From assembly GCA_002319885.1 (NCBI GenBank), contig DCFT01000112.1, positions 2,820-66,819 on the forward strand: a DNA stretch of 64,000 bases. Reading direction: 5' to 3'. Below are positions 38,314-48,191 of the stretch, piece by piece (within the stretch, counting starts at the first letter, position 1; every line of letters begins with the position of its first letter). This stretch comes from Bacteroidales bacterium UBA1797 (GTDB lineage Bacteria > Bacteroidota > Bacteroidia > Bacteroidales > VadinHA17). A program made the translations under genes and the position numbers. The notes under the pieces are model-generated. The model did not search any database, was not told where the DNA came from, and saw nothing but the letters and a program-made list of their open reading frames with translations.

Positions 38314-39426
38314 ATGAAAACAAAACATTACGGGTTCGTGGCATTTTTCATAATCTTATGTACACTCAGTCTTTCTGTGAAGGCTGATGATTTACGAAAA
38401 ATTGTATCTCTCTCCGGATACTGGAAATTCTCAATAGGAGACGACAGCAAATGGGCAAATCCTTCTTACGATGATTCTGGCTGGGATCAGATTACTGTAC
38501 CCGGAAAGTGGGAGGATCAGGGCTATAACGATTATAATGGATACGCATGGTACCGGAAAACATTCAAAGTTAACGGCATTCCTGAAAATACCACTATCTA
38601 TTTAATGATGGGCCACATTGACGATGCTGATGTTGTATATCTTAACGGGAAAGAGGTCGGCAGAAACGGATCCTTTCCGCCAAATTTTGTAACTGCTTAT
38701 GACAGAGTCAGAAAATACATAATCCCTGCCGATTACCTTAAAGATGGTAGCGATAATGTTATATCTGTAAAAGTCTATGACACTTATGGGGATGGAGGTA
38801 TTGTCGAAGGGCCTGCAGGCATTTATTACGATGAGGATATCGATTTGCTCAGCCTAAATTTAAATGGAAGCTGGAAATTTCAAACCGGCGATAATAAAAG
38901 CTGGAAAGCAGTGGAATTCAATGACGAAGCCTGGAAGACAATTAATGTGCCTGCAACCTGGGAGAGCCAGGGGTATGAAGACTACGACGGATATGCCTGG
39001 TACCGACTTAAGTTCACTGTGCCTCAGAATCTGAGTAAGGAAGAATTGTTTCTGTCACTTGGAAAGATTGATGATATTGATGATGTCTATCTGAATGGAG
39101 AGCACATTGGAAATGTCTATGATCTTAGAAAAAAGTCATGGATAGGTGTACAAAACACAGGATGGGAATGGACAATGCCGAGAACGTATAAAATCCCGGA
39201 AGGTCTGTTAAACAGAAACGGATCCAATACAATTGCAGTAAGAGTCTATGACGGACAGGGACTGGGAGGCATTTACGAAGGACCGATTGGCATAATGACA
39301 ACTGATAACTACCACATTTATAAGAAAAAACATCATTCATATTCTTATTCATACAGATCATTCTGGGGATTTGTGTATGACGTGATTTTTAATAATGATA
39401 ATTCAAACGAGGAGGACGAACAATGA
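38314..39426 (+). CDS. Secreted protein with two tandem GH2-N-terminal-like (galactose-binding-like) sugar-binding domains, no catalytic domain
   Basis: The track ORF starts at a TTG (38299). The ATG at 38314 gives the signal peptide MKTKHYGFVAFFIILCTLSLSVKA. Two internal repeats are present: WKFSIGDDSKWANPSYDDSGWDQITVPGKWEDQGYNDYNGYAWYRKTF and WKFQTGDNKSWKAVEFNDEAWKTINVPATWESQGYEDYDGYAWYRLKF. Confidence 0.7.
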   Translation: MKTKHYGFVAFFIILCTLSLSVKADDLRKIVSLSGYWKFSIGDDSKWANPSYDDSGWDQITVPGKWEDQGYNDYNGYAWYRKTFKVNGIPENTTIYLMMGHIDDADVVYLNGKEVGRNGSFPPNFVTAYDRVRKYIIPADYLKDGSDNVISVKVYDTYGDGGIVEGPAGIYYDEDIDLLSLNLNGSWKFQTGDNKSWKAVEFNDEAWKTINVPATWESQGYEDYDGYAWYRLKFTVPQNLSKEELFLSLGKIDDIDDVYLNGEHIGNVYDLRKKSWIGVQNTGWEWTMPRTYKIPEGLLNRNGSNTIAVRVYDGQGLGGIYEGPIGIMTTDNYHIYKKKHHSYSYSYRSFWGFVYDVIFNNDNSNEEDEQ

Positions 39427-40478
39427 TAAAATTTCTAAATAACCGGAGGACAGGAATCTTACTGGTTACCGCTTTAATACTTTTGTTCAGCCAGTCAACA
39501 AAAGCAAATCCGGCTGAAGACAATCTGGTTCTGCTGAAGAATCTGACAGGCCGCTGGCAGTTTTCCATAGGTATAAATAAAGAATGGATATCTCCAAAAT
39601 TTGACGATAGTAAATGGGAGTCAATTCATGTGCCATCACCATGGGAAGACCAGGGGTTCAACGGCTATAATGGTTATGCTTTTTACAGGAAAAATATTGA
39701 GATCCCATCAGCTTATAAAGACCGTATGCTTTACCTGAATATGGGATATATTGATGATGTTGATGAGGTATATCTCAATGGACATAAAATCGGTGCATCA
39801 GGAGGCTTCCCTCCAAATTATAACACTGCTTATAATGCTGAACGCATTTATTATATCCCACAGGAGGACATCAACTTCGATGGCTCAAATCTTATAGCTG
39901 TAAAAGTATACGACTCGTACGACCAGGGTGGAATTGTAAGCGGTAATATAGGTTTATATGGAGGAAAGACATCCGTAAACCTTGATCTGAATCTTCAATC
40001 TTTATGGAAATTTCAAACTGGTGATGATCCCAGACGTAAAGAGTCGGATTTTGATGACAGCAGCTGGTCAGAAATTTTTGTCCCGGCAAAATGGGAAGAT
40101 CAGGGCTACAGAGATTATGATGGCTATGCATGGTATCGCAAAAAATTCACATATCAGGGCAACAGTGATGAAAAAATGGTCCTGCTAATGGGTAAGATAG
40201 ATGATATCGATCAGGTTTTCATAAATGGAATTTTAGTTGGCTCTACCGGAAAGTTCCCGGCAAAGAAATGGGATGATGTGTCAACAAGCGGTGAATGGAC
40301 AGCCTTCAGGGGATACTATATACCCGACGGTTTACTAAAGAAAAATCAGACATATGTAATAGCAGTAAGAGTTCTCGATACGGGCGGAGACGGAGGGATT
40401 TATGAAGGTCCGGTTGGCATCCTCTCGCAAACTAAATACATCGAATACTGGAGAAAAATCAAGAAATCAGGAGACTAA
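39423..40478 (+). CDS. Paralogous secreted protein with two GH2-N-terminal-like sugar-binding domains
   Basis: 351-aa ORF with a signal peptide. It has the same two-repeat layout (WQFSIGINKEWISPKFDDSKWESIHVPSPWEDQGFNGYNGYAFYRKNI and WKFQTGDDPRRKESDFDDSSWSEIFVPAKWEDQGYRDYDGYAWYRKKF). A 4-nt ATGA overlap joins it to the upstream paralog. Confidence 0.7.
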   Translation: MIKFLNNRRTGILLVTALILLFSQSTKANPAEDNLVLLKNLTGRWQFSIGINKEWISPKFDDSKWESIHVPSPWEDQGFNGYNGYAFYRKNIEIPSAYKDRMLYLNMGYIDDVDEVYLNGHKIGASGGFPPNYNTAYNAERIYYIPQEDINFDGSNLIAVKVYDSYDQGGIVSGNIGLYGGKTSVNLDLNLQSLWKFQTGDDPRRKESDFDDSSWSEIFVPAKWEDQGYRDYDGYAWYRKKFTYQGNSDEKMVLLMGKIDDIDQVFINGILVGSTGKFPAKKWDDVSTSGEWTAFRGYYIPDGLLKKNQTYVIAVRVLDTGGDGGIYEGPVGILSQTKYIEYWRKIKKSGD

Positions 40479-40504
40479 TTTTCGCATGTTGTTACCTGGG
40501 AAAT

Positions 40505-40541
40505 GGAGGAGGTTGATAAACCTTCCTCCTTTCTTTGTTTT
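40505..40541 (+). terminator. Rho-independent-type terminator after the paralog pair
   Basis: The stem ggaggaggtt / aaccttcctcc has 10 bp with one bulge and a 4-nt loop. It is followed by tttctttgtttt. Confidence 0.6.
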
Positions 40542-40593
40542 CACTGAAAAATATTCATCCGAAATTCTATATATTTAAAGAAATTATCTGTTC

Positions 40594-42132
40594 ATGGGGT
40601 CATCATTACGCAAGGTGAGTTTATTAATCCTGTTGATCATTGTCCTGCCTGTTATGATATTCTCAGTTTTTGAGATCGGCAATCTAAGGCAAAATGAAAA
40701 GGTCATTCAGAATATTTACAAAAATCAGCTCGACGCAATTCTGTTTTCAATAAATCAATATTCCGACGATATCATAAGCAACTTTGCAAGCCGGATCGAG
40801 AATAATTTAAACAACTTCAACTCTGATTCAGCCGGACTAAACAAAATAATTAACGAATTTCAGGTAAACTGCCTTATCCATTTCGATAAAAAGCTTGAAT
40901 TTATCTCATCCGAACCTTATTCATATCGTGATAGCACCTTGCTTCCCGATATCAGAGCAATGATTAAAAATAATTACACAGTAATTGATCAGTTAAGGAC
41001 TTACTTAAGAGGAGGTTACCGAAAAATAATACCCCTGGGGAATATGGGCAAAGATATGCAATGTGTAGCTTTTTTAACACTCGTTAAGAATGAAGAGGTA
41101 ACAAATGTCCTGGTTATTGATCCGGTTAAATTTATCAGCAAGGTCCTCGATCCCAGGATTCAGGAGATAGCACAGGGGAAATTTCATATTGCAGTCTATC
41201 ACCTGGGAGGTGTTTTGCCTGTTTATACTTCAAATAAGCAATATATCCCGGGGAATATTGATGATAAAGAACCCTTCTGGCTGTTGAAAAACTACACAAT
41301 GGGGATAGAACTCAAAGACGCTACAATCGCTGATCTGACGAAAGACAGGATCAGGAGAAATCTGGTTATGATTGGATTAGTAGATGTTATCTTAATTTTC
41401 GGAGCAGCGCTGATTTTCAGAAATGTCAGGAAACAGGTTGAGCTTTCACAGTTAAAGAGCGATTTTGTTTCCAGTGTTTCGCATGAAATAAGAACTCCGC
41501 TTGCACTGATAACAATGTACATTGAGACACTCGAAATGGGAAGATTGAAAAATGCGGCGAAAATTAAGGAGTATTATGCTGTTATTTTGAGTGAGACAAC
41601 CCGTCTCTCGGGTATAGTTAACAGAATTCTTAATTTTTCTCAGATTGAAAGTAACAAAAGAAAATACTTCTTCAGCGAGACTGATATAAATGAAATCGTT
41701 GAAAACGCGGCTCTGTCTTTCCGGTATTCAGTAAAAAAGAAAGGATTCAGCTATACTTTCAGTCCTGATAAAACACTACCAGCAGTTATGGTTGACAAGG
41801 AAGCAGTTACCGACGCCCTTGTGAATCTTGTTGACAATGCTATGAAATACAGTACCGAAAAAAAGGACATTGTTGTCAGAACAGGAAAGTCTGAGAAGTA
41901 TGTGTACATTGAAGTGGAGGATCATGGAATTGGAATCTCACAAAAAAATCAGAAGTACATTTTTGACAAATTTTACCGGGTAACAGAAACGAATCTGGCT
42001 AATAAGGTGAAAGGATCAGGATTGGGACTAGCTATAGTTAAACATATTATGGACTCTCATGGAGGTAAGATATATGTCAAAAGTTCACCCGGATCGGGAT
42101 CACTGTTCAGACTTTTATTTCCGGTTAAATAA
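40594..42132 (+). CDS. Periplasm-sensing histidine kinase (HisKA + HATPase_c)
   Basis: 512-aa ORF. TM1 is near residues 9-29, followed by a periplasmic region of about 225 aa and TM2 (LVMIGLVDVILIFGAALIF). The H-box is DFVSSVSHEIRTPL, with N/G boxes DNAMKY, DHGIGI and GSGLGLAIVK. Confidence 0.85.
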   Translation: MGSSLRKVSLLILLIIVLPVMIFSVFEIGNLRQNEKVIQNIYKNQLDAILFSINQYSDDIISNFASRIENNLNNFNSDSAGLNKIINEFQVNCLIHFDKKLEFISSEPYSYRDSTLLPDIRAMIKNNYTVIDQLRTYLRGGYRKIIPLGNMGKDMQCVAFLTLVKNEEVTNVLVIDPVKFISKVLDPRIQEIAQGKFHIAVYHLGGVLPVYTSNKQYIPGNIDDKEPFWLLKNYTMGIELKDATIADLTKDRIRRNLVMIGLVDVILIFGAALIFRNVRKQVELSQLKSDFVSSVSHEIRTPLALITMYIETLEMGRLKNAAKIKEYYAVILSETTRLSGIVNRILNFSQIESNKRKYFFSETDINEIVENAALSFRYSVKKKGFSYTFSPDKTLPAVMVDKEAVTDALVNLVDNAMKYSTEKKDIVVRTGKSEKYVYIEVEDHGIGISQKNQKYIFDKFYRVTETNLANKVKGSGLGLAIVKHIMDSHGGKIYVKSSPGSGSLFRLLFPVK

Positions 42133-42143
42133 CTTTACTAACT

Positions 42144-42836
42144 ATGAAAAAGATACTGATAGTTGAAGACGAATTGCTTATGGTAAATGGTCTGAAAGAT
42201 AATCTTGAACTCGAAGGTTATGAAGTAGAAACTGCAATGGAAGGGTCCACGGGTCTTCAAAAAATACTTCAATGCCGGTATGATCTTATTTTACTTGATA
42301 TTATGTTGCCAGAAATATCCGGATTTGATATTTGTAAAACTGTAAGGAAAGAAGGAGTAAATACCCCTATTATTCTGTTGACGGCTAAGGGTGAGGAAAT
42401 TGATAAGGTACTTGGATTGGAGCTAGGAGCCGATGATTACATTACTAAACCATTTAGCTTGCGAGAGTTACTCGCAAGGATAAAAACAATTTTGCGGCGT
42501 GCTCCAATTGGAAAAGAAGGAGGAGGTGAACCAGAATTTATACGCATAGGGAATATTAGAGTTAATTTCAAAAGTTATCAGGCCCTTGAGGGAACTAATG
42601 AAATCAAAATGTCATACAAAGAATTTGGAATATTGCATTACCTGTATATGAATGCAGGCAAAATTATTCAACGCGATGATCTCATGAGCGATGTATGGGG
42701 CATTGAATTTGATATTTCAACCCGAACGGTGGATAATTTTATCCTTAAACTGCGGCAGAAAATCGAAGTTGATCCCAATAGTCCAAAGATTATTCTGACA
42801 GTACACGGGATAGGCTATAAAATGATCTTGCCGTAA
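42144..42836 (+). CDS. OmpR/PhoB-family response regulator
   Basis: 230-aa ORF. Receiver motifs are ILIVEDE, DLILLDIMLPEISG and DDYITKPF. The winged-helix C-terminus is ...TRTVDNFILKLRQKIE...ILTVHGIGYKM. Confidence 0.9.
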   Translation: MKKILIVEDELLMVNGLKDNLELEGYEVETAMEGSTGLQKILQCRYDLILLDIMLPEISGFDICKTVRKEGVNTPIILLTAKGEEIDKVLGLELGADDYITKPFSLRELLARIKTILRRAPIGKEGGGEPEFIRIGNIRVNFKSYQALEGTNEIKMSYKEFGILHYLYMNAGKIIQRDDLMSDVWGIEFDISTRTVDNFILKLRQKIEVDPNSPKIILTVHGIGYKMILP

Positions 42837-42851
42837 TTTTTTGCACCCCTT

Positions 42852-42865
42852 CCCCCCTAAAGGGG
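42852..42865. repeat. C-tract/G-tract motif CCCCCC-TAAA-GGGG
   Basis: Read directly from the sequence. It lies in the gap between convergent regulator genes. Confidence 0.35.
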
Positions 42866-42910
42866 AGTAAATTCTTAGTTTATCAATAATTTCATCAAGG
42901 ACACCGAATT

Positions 42911-42945
42911 AGTCCCCATTTAGGGGGACTGCCGCGCAGCGGCAG
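42911..42945. repeat. Two adjacent GC-rich hairpins (AGTCCCC-ATTTAG-GGGGACT and CTGCCGC-GCA-GCGGCAG)
   Basis: Both are perfect 7-bp stems read directly from the sequence. They lie between convergent genes and may also act as terminators. Confidence 0.45.
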
Positions 42946-42958
42946 TGGGTGTTGAATC

Positions 42959-43672
42959 CTATAAAAAATTCTTATCGAGGAATACCTGAAATTTCTCCTT
43001 ATACTGATCGCTTATGGGAATATATTCCTTGCCAAAAACGATCCTGCTGCGTTCGATTGTATCTATTTTTTCAAGATTTACAATGAAAGAACGGTGGACC
43101 CGCATGAATTTCTCTTCAGGAAGCTTTGATTCCAGAAGTTTAAGAGAAGTAAGTGAAAGAACAGGCTTAATTGAATTTTTTGTGTAAACTTTTACATAAT
43201 CCTTGAGCCCTTCAATGTATAAAATATCATTAAAATTTAAGCGCTTAATTTTATAATCAGACTTCAGAAACAGGAATTCATTATTGACGTCTACTCTTGC
43301 GGGAGTGTTCTGTTCGAGCCTTAGTAACTTCTGAACTTTATGCACAGCCATTAAAAATTCTTCATAGCTGAATGGCTTTAATAAATAGTCAACTATCTCA
43401 AGTTTATATCCTTCCAGGGCATATTTTTCAAAAGCTGTGGTAAAAATTATCTTAGGTCCTTTCTCCATTAACCTTGTAAACTCTATTCCTGAGAGGTCAG
43501 GCATCTGAATATCAACGAATATCAGATCAACCCGGTTGTCTGTAAGAAATTCGGCTGCGTCGAGAGGGTTGTCAAATTTCCCGGCAAGTTTCAATCCAGG
43601 AGTTTTTTCGATATAACCTGTAACAAGCTGCAACGCAAGAGGTTCGTCATCAATTGCAATAGTTGTAATCAT
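42959..43672 (-). CDS. LytTR-family response regulator (canonical receiver)
   Basis: 237-aa ORF. Motifs are AIDDEPLAL, DLIFVDIQMPDLSGIEF, DYLLKPF and FMRVHRSFIVNLEKI. Confidence 0.9.
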   Translation of the reverse strand: MITTIAIDDEPLALQLVTGYIEKTPGLKLAGKFDNPLDAAEFLTDNRVDLIFVDIQMPDLSGIEFTRLMEKGPKIIFTTAFEKYALEGYKLEIVDYLLKPFSYEEFLMAVHKVQKLLRLEQNTPARVDVNNEFLFLKSDYKIKRLNFNDILYIEGLKDYVKVYTKNSIKPVLSLTSLKLLESKLPEEKFMRVHRSFIVNLEKIDTIERSRIVFGKEYIPISDQYKEKFQVFLDKNFL

Positions 43673-44775
43673 TATGCTATATTAATCTGAAGCAGTACTT
43701 CAAATTCTGTTTCTGATTTATTTATTTTTATATCATGCTTCCCGGGGAATAACAGATTCAGCCTTTTTGTGACATTCTCCAACCCGATCCCTGAATAGAC
43801 CGGGTCATTATCTTCCCTGACCTTAAATAAGCTATTGGCACATCTGAATTTTAACAACCCTTTTTCTATAGTCATGCTGACATCAATGAATGACTTTTCA
43901 CGGTAACTGATACCATGTTTAAACGCATTTTCAATAAAAGGAATAAAGATCAAAGGAGGAATATTAATATCTTCGAATTTTTCAGGGAACGAAAGGTTGA
44001 GACTTATCTTATTGCTCATTCTGAGTCGCATAAGATCTATATAGTTATTCATAAAATCTATCTCATTACTCAGTTTTGTATTACCGTGCTCAGAATCATA
44101 CAGCAGGTATCTCATTAGTTTTGAAAGCCTTAGCACAGCCTTTTGAGAATCCTCCGCATTGATGCTGATCAAGGAATAAATATTATTAAGAGTGTTAAAG
44201 AAAAAATGAGGACTAATTTGATTCTTAAGGAACGCCAACTCTGAATTTAGTTTTTCCTTTTCAAGCTCTTTTTGAAGTTTCTCGATTTGTGAATGACGTT
44301 CAAGAACTCTCATACCCACAGAGAAAAAGACAAGAAACAAAGAGGTAAACAAATAATTAAAAAGATGCATTTCCCTGAAAGGTGGATGTCCATGATGATC
44401 ATCAGGGTTTAAAGGAGGCCGCTCTTTTCTCTCTGTTTCAGGTTTAACGACTTCTTCCGTGTTGTTTCGTCCAGGCACATATCTGAAAACCAGTTCATTT
44501 GATTTGTCAGAGATAAAATATAAAAATGTTAACAGAAAAATTACCGACAGATAGTATTTATAATTCCGGCTCCCGAAAAAAAATTTTGGAACCAGTATCA
44601 GATAATTAGTATAAAATATTATTCCATTGATAATGTTACCTATATAATAAATCCACATAAAATCCTGCCCGACTTCCCATCTTTTAAAAAAATATAAAGG
44701 AATACCCAGAATTATGGCCCAGGCCAGAAGGTGTAGCAAAATCTTAATTTTATTTCCCGTCAGAAAATTTTTCAT
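43672..44775 (-). CDS. LytS/YehU-type membrane histidine kinase (His_kinase domain)
   Basis: 367-aa ORF with an N-terminal multi-TM region, a coiled coil, and then LKNQISPHFFFNTLNNIYSLI, which is characteristic of this kinase family. It overlaps the regulator gene by 1 nt. Confidence 0.85.
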   Translation of the reverse strand: MKNFLTGNKIKILLHLLAWAIILGIPLYFFKRWEVGQDFMWIYYIGNIINGIIFYTNYLILVPKFFFGSRNYKYYLSVIFLLTFLYFISDKSNELVFRYVPGRNNTEEVVKPETERKERPPLNPDDHHGHPPFREMHLFNYLFTSLFLVFFSVGMRVLERHSQIEKLQKELEKEKLNSELAFLKNQISPHFFFNTLNNIYSLISINAEDSQKAVLRLSKLMRYLLYDSEHGNTKLSNEIDFMNNYIDLMRLRMSNKISLNLSFPEKFEDINIPPLIFIPFIENAFKHGISYREKSFIDVSMTIEKGLLKFRCANSLFKVREDNDPVYSGIGLENVTKRLNLLFPGKHDIKINKSETEFEVLLQINIA

Positions 44776-44845
44776 GGATTTAAAAGTATAACAAAATACA
44801 ATTGGTTTGTTGTTATATTATAAGAATTAAAACCAGATAAATATT

Positions 44846-46066
44846 CTATTCATATCTGAGCGCATCTATCGGATTCAGATTTGCAGCTTTCCGTGCCGGG
44901 TACCATCCGAAAAAAACACCAATAACAAAACAGACAACAAATGCAAGAACAACAGACTGTGTTTTTACAATGGCCTGGCTCGACATAAGTGATCCGGCCA
45001 GTCTGGCTAAAAGGTAGCCGAAAATAACTCCCATCATTCCTCCCAGAATGCTTAGAATAATTGACTCTGCAAGAAATTGCTTCATAATATCTTTACCCCG
45101 GCCTCCGATAGACATACGTAATCCGATTTCACGGGTGCGTTCAGTTACCGATACAAACATTATGTTCATAATGCCAATCCCTCCTACCAGAAGTGATATG
45201 CCCGCAATGGCTCCGAGGAGATAAGTCATAACATCTGTAATTGAAGTAACAGTCTGTAGAAGTTCAGTTTGTGACATTACCCTGAAATCATTTTCTGCCG
45301 ATTCTTTAAGTTTATGTGTCCTTCTCAGGATTTCCTCTACCTCAGCTTTTGCAGCTGGACTCTTCTCTTCACTTAAGGCTGACGCATAAATTCCATTTAT
45401 ATAATCAATAGCCGCAAGCCTTCGCTGAACAGTTGTATAAGGGGCAATTATCAGATCGTCCTGGTCCTGGCCCATCCCACTTTCACCCTTGTCTTTCAGT
45501 ACTCCGATTATCATAAAAGGGAGGTTCTTTATTCTGATTGAAAGGCCTACAGGATCTGCTCCTGCACCAAAGAGATTCTCAACAACCGTCTGTCCTAGTA
45601 TACAAACTTTCGACATGTTTTTTACCTCATTTGCGTTGAAAACTCTACCGCTTTGTATTTCAAGTTTCTTAATATTTAGATATTCTTCGCTGACCCCGTA
45701 TATAGTTGTCTGTGTATTCTGATTGCTGTAAATAACCTGTCCGCTTGCCCTTATTTCCGGAGAAACCGCACTAATTGCCGTTGCCTCGGCACGAAGGGCT
45801 GTAACATCACTGTACTTAAGGGCCATTGAGCTGGAAGCTCCCAGACTGACACCTCCACGCCTTTGAAAATTAGGCATCACCATAACCATATTTGTTCCCA
45901 TTGATGATATCTGTTTCCTGATTTTCTGCTTTGAACCTTCGCCGATTGCTAACATGGCAATCACTGAAGCTACACCGATAATGATACCGAGCATAGTTAG
46001 AAATGCCCTCAGTTTGTTTCTTATCAACGCTCTTATAGCGATCCTAAATAAATTTGAATAGTTCAT
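44846..46066 (-). CDS. MacB/FtsX-type ABC transporter permease
   Basis: 406-aa ORF. TM1 is followed by a large periplasmic domain and a C-terminal FtsX 3-TM region (...REIGLRMSIGGRGKDIMKQFLAESIILSILGG...). Confidence 0.9.
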   Translation of the reverse strand: MNYSNLFRIAIRALIRNKLRAFLTMLGIIIGVASVIAMLAIGEGSKQKIRKQISSMGTNMVMVMPNFQRRGGVSLGASSSMALKYSDVTALRAEATAISAVSPEIRASGQVIYSNQNTQTTIYGVSEEYLNIKKLEIQSGRVFNANEVKNMSKVCILGQTVVENLFGAGADPVGLSIRIKNLPFMIIGVLKDKGESGMGQDQDDLIIAPYTTVQRRLAAIDYINGIYASALSEEKSPAAKAEVEEILRRTHKLKESAENDFRVMSQTELLQTVTSITDVMTYLLGAIAGISLLVGGIGIMNIMFVSVTERTREIGLRMSIGGRGKDIMKQFLAESIILSILGGMMGVIFGYLLARLAGSLMSSQAIVKTQSVVLAFVVCFVIGVFFGWYPARKAANLNPIDALRYE

Positions 46067-46083
46067 TTCCTTAAGTTTTTTAA

Positions 46084-46839
46084 TTAATCAAATTCTTCAA
46101 TTGCCTCAACCGGCAACGTCTTCAGAATTTCAGTGGCATTTAACCGTTCAGTAACAAGACTCTCACGGCTTATCTTCCCGTCCCGGAACATTACGTTTCT
46201 TTTTGCAAACTTCGCAATATCAGTTTCATGAGTCACAAATACAATTGTTCTACCTTTCTCATTCAGATCCTGGAATAGCTCCATTATTTCAAAAGAGGTC
46301 CTTGTATCGAGGTTTCCTGTTGGTTCATCAGCAAGAATAAGAACCGGATTATTTACCAGTGACCGGGCAATTGCTACTCTCTGTTGCTGGCCTCCCGACA
46401 ATTGGTTGGGCATGTGATGCATACGATCAGTAAGACCAACTGCCTCAAGAGCTCTTACAGCCAATTCTTTGCGCTCTTTCGACCTGATCTTGGGATTATA
46501 GAACAAGGGGAGCTCCACATTCTCCAGAGCTGTTGTTCTGGCTAATAAATTATATGCCTGAAAAACAAACCCCAGTTTCATATTCCGGAGCCTCGCTATA
46601 GCATCTTTCTCCATTGAACTGACATTGATGCCATCCAGAAGATAATCGCCGGAAGTCGGTTTGTCAAGACAACCCAGTATATTAAGCATTGTTGATTTAC
46701 CTGAACCGCTGGCACCCATTATAGCTAAGAATTCCCCTTCATGAATTTTAAGGTCAACACCTCTTAATGCATGAACAGTGACCTCCCCCACATGATAATC
46801 CTTCTTCAGGCTGCTTATTTCTATTATTGTGTTATTCAT
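46084..46839 (-). CDS. ABC transporter ATP-binding protein (MacB/LolD-like)
   Basis: 251-aa ORF with Walker A GASGSGKST, signature LSGGQQQRVAIARS and Walker B ILADEPTGNLD. Confidence 0.9.
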   Translation of the reverse strand: MNNTIIEISSLKKDYHVGEVTVHALRGVDLKIHEGEFLAIMGASGSGKSTMLNILGCLDKPTSGDYLLDGINVSSMEKDAIARLRNMKLGFVFQAYNLLARTTALENVELPLFYNPKIRSKERKELAVRALEAVGLTDRMHHMPNQLSGGQQQRVAIARSLVNNPVLILADEPTGNLDTRTSFEIMELFQDLNEKGRTIVFVTHETDIAKFAKRNVMFRDGKISRESLVTERLNATEILKTLPVEAIEEFD

Positions 46840-46874
46840 GATAACATTTATTTTAAAATTAATACTGCCTTTGT

Positions 46875-48140
46875 TTAGAAGGGGAATGGGCCACGTGGAC
46901 CATTATCAGTCTTTTTTGTTGTACCTGCAACTTCTTTATCACCCATAGAAGTAATTACCTCATCTCCTTCCTTTAGACCCGAGAGTACTTCAATACTTGT
47001 TCCATTATCAATTCCAATTTTTATGATTTGAGGCCGTAGTCCCAATTTCTCGTCCTTTATCCATACGGTTTTTGTTTTAGGATCACTGGGCATTGCTGTC
47101 ATAGCTGATGCCGTAGGCATACTACCAGGCATCCCTTTTGAACCTGAAGGACCAGCAGCAGGCATATTTGACATCGACCCGCTGACTTTCATTTTTTCAA
47201 ACATCTTCTTCATATAATCCTGATCGGGAGTAAACCTGACAGCCTTACCTGATAAGAGTAATGTATTTGTTTTCTCTTCTACATAGATTATAGCACTGGC
47301 TGTCATACCCGGCATAAGTTTTTTATCAGGATTCGGAGCATTCAGAATAACCACATAGGTAACAACGTTGTTGGTTGTAACCGGCTGTAACCTTACCTGT
47401 GCGACTGTACCTTCAAATTTCAGATCGGAATATGCATCAACGGTAAATTCAACCCGCTGGCCATCAACAATCTTTCCAATGTCAGCTTCATCAACACTAG
47501 TCTGGACTTCCATTTGAGTAAGGTCGTTAACGATGGTGAAAAGAGTTGGTGTACTGAAGCTTGCAGCTACTGTCTGGCCTTCTTCAACAGCCCTGTTTAG
47601 AACAACTCCGTCAATCGGAGAAGTTATTGTGGCATACGCCAGATTCACTTCTGCTCTGTCGAGTGCAGATTTAGCATTAGCCAGTGAAGCCTTTGAATTC
47701 TCAAAATTGTATAATGCCTGGTCATAATCAGTTTGTGAAATAAGCTGCTTATCGAAGAGGACCTTTAACCTGTTATACGTTGATTCTTCAAAATGAAGCT
47801 GTGATGTCGCCTGATCAACTGCTGACTGGCTCTGAGAAAGTTGTGTCCTGAGAGGTGTCTCATCAAGCTTTGCAAGAAGTTGTCCCTGCTTAACATGATC
47901 ATTAAAATCAACATAAATGTGCAGAATAATTCCTGATACCTGTGTGCCTACATTCACAGTTTTTATAGCCTGAATTGTACCTGTGGCAGTAACCGTATTG
48001 CTGATGTTACCCTTCTCAACTTTTACAGTATTGAAGTTAACAACTGCTTCCTTTTTTGAAAAGGGTTTCAGTGCAAGTATAGCAGCAATAGAAACTACAG
48101 CCACTCCTGCAATAATTATTAACGTTTTCTTTTTCATCAT
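46875..48140 (-). CDS. Efflux periplasmic adaptor (MacA/HlyD-family membrane fusion protein)
   Basis: 421-aa ORF with an N-terminal anchor, a lipoyl/hairpin pattern (GTIQAIKTVNVGTQVSGII...QGQLLAKLD...YATITSPIDGVV) and a beta-barrel region. Confidence 0.9.
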   Translation of the reverse strand: MMKKKTLIIIAGVAVVSIAAILALKPFSKKEAVVNFNTVKVEKGNISNTVTATGTIQAIKTVNVGTQVSGIILHIYVDFNDHVKQGQLLAKLDETPLRTQLSQSQSAVDQATSQLHFEESTYNRLKVLFDKQLISQTDYDQALYNFENSKASLANAKSALDRAEVNLAYATITSPIDGVVLNRAVEEGQTVAASFSTPTLFTIVNDLTQMEVQTSVDEADIGKIVDGQRVEFTVDAYSDLKFEGTVAQVRLQPVTTNNVVTYVVILNAPNPDKKLMPGMTASAIIYVEEKTNTLLLSGKAVRFTPDQDYMKKMFEKMKVSGSMSNMPAAGPSGSKGMPGSMPTASAMTAMPSDPKTKTVWIKDEKLGLRPQIIKIGIDNGTSIEVLSGLKEGDEVITSMGDKEVAGTTKKTDNGPRGPFPF

Positions 48141-48191
48141 TTTATTTTTAAACTTTTATCGTAATTTTTTAGTCTCTTCTCTTTCGAGTTT

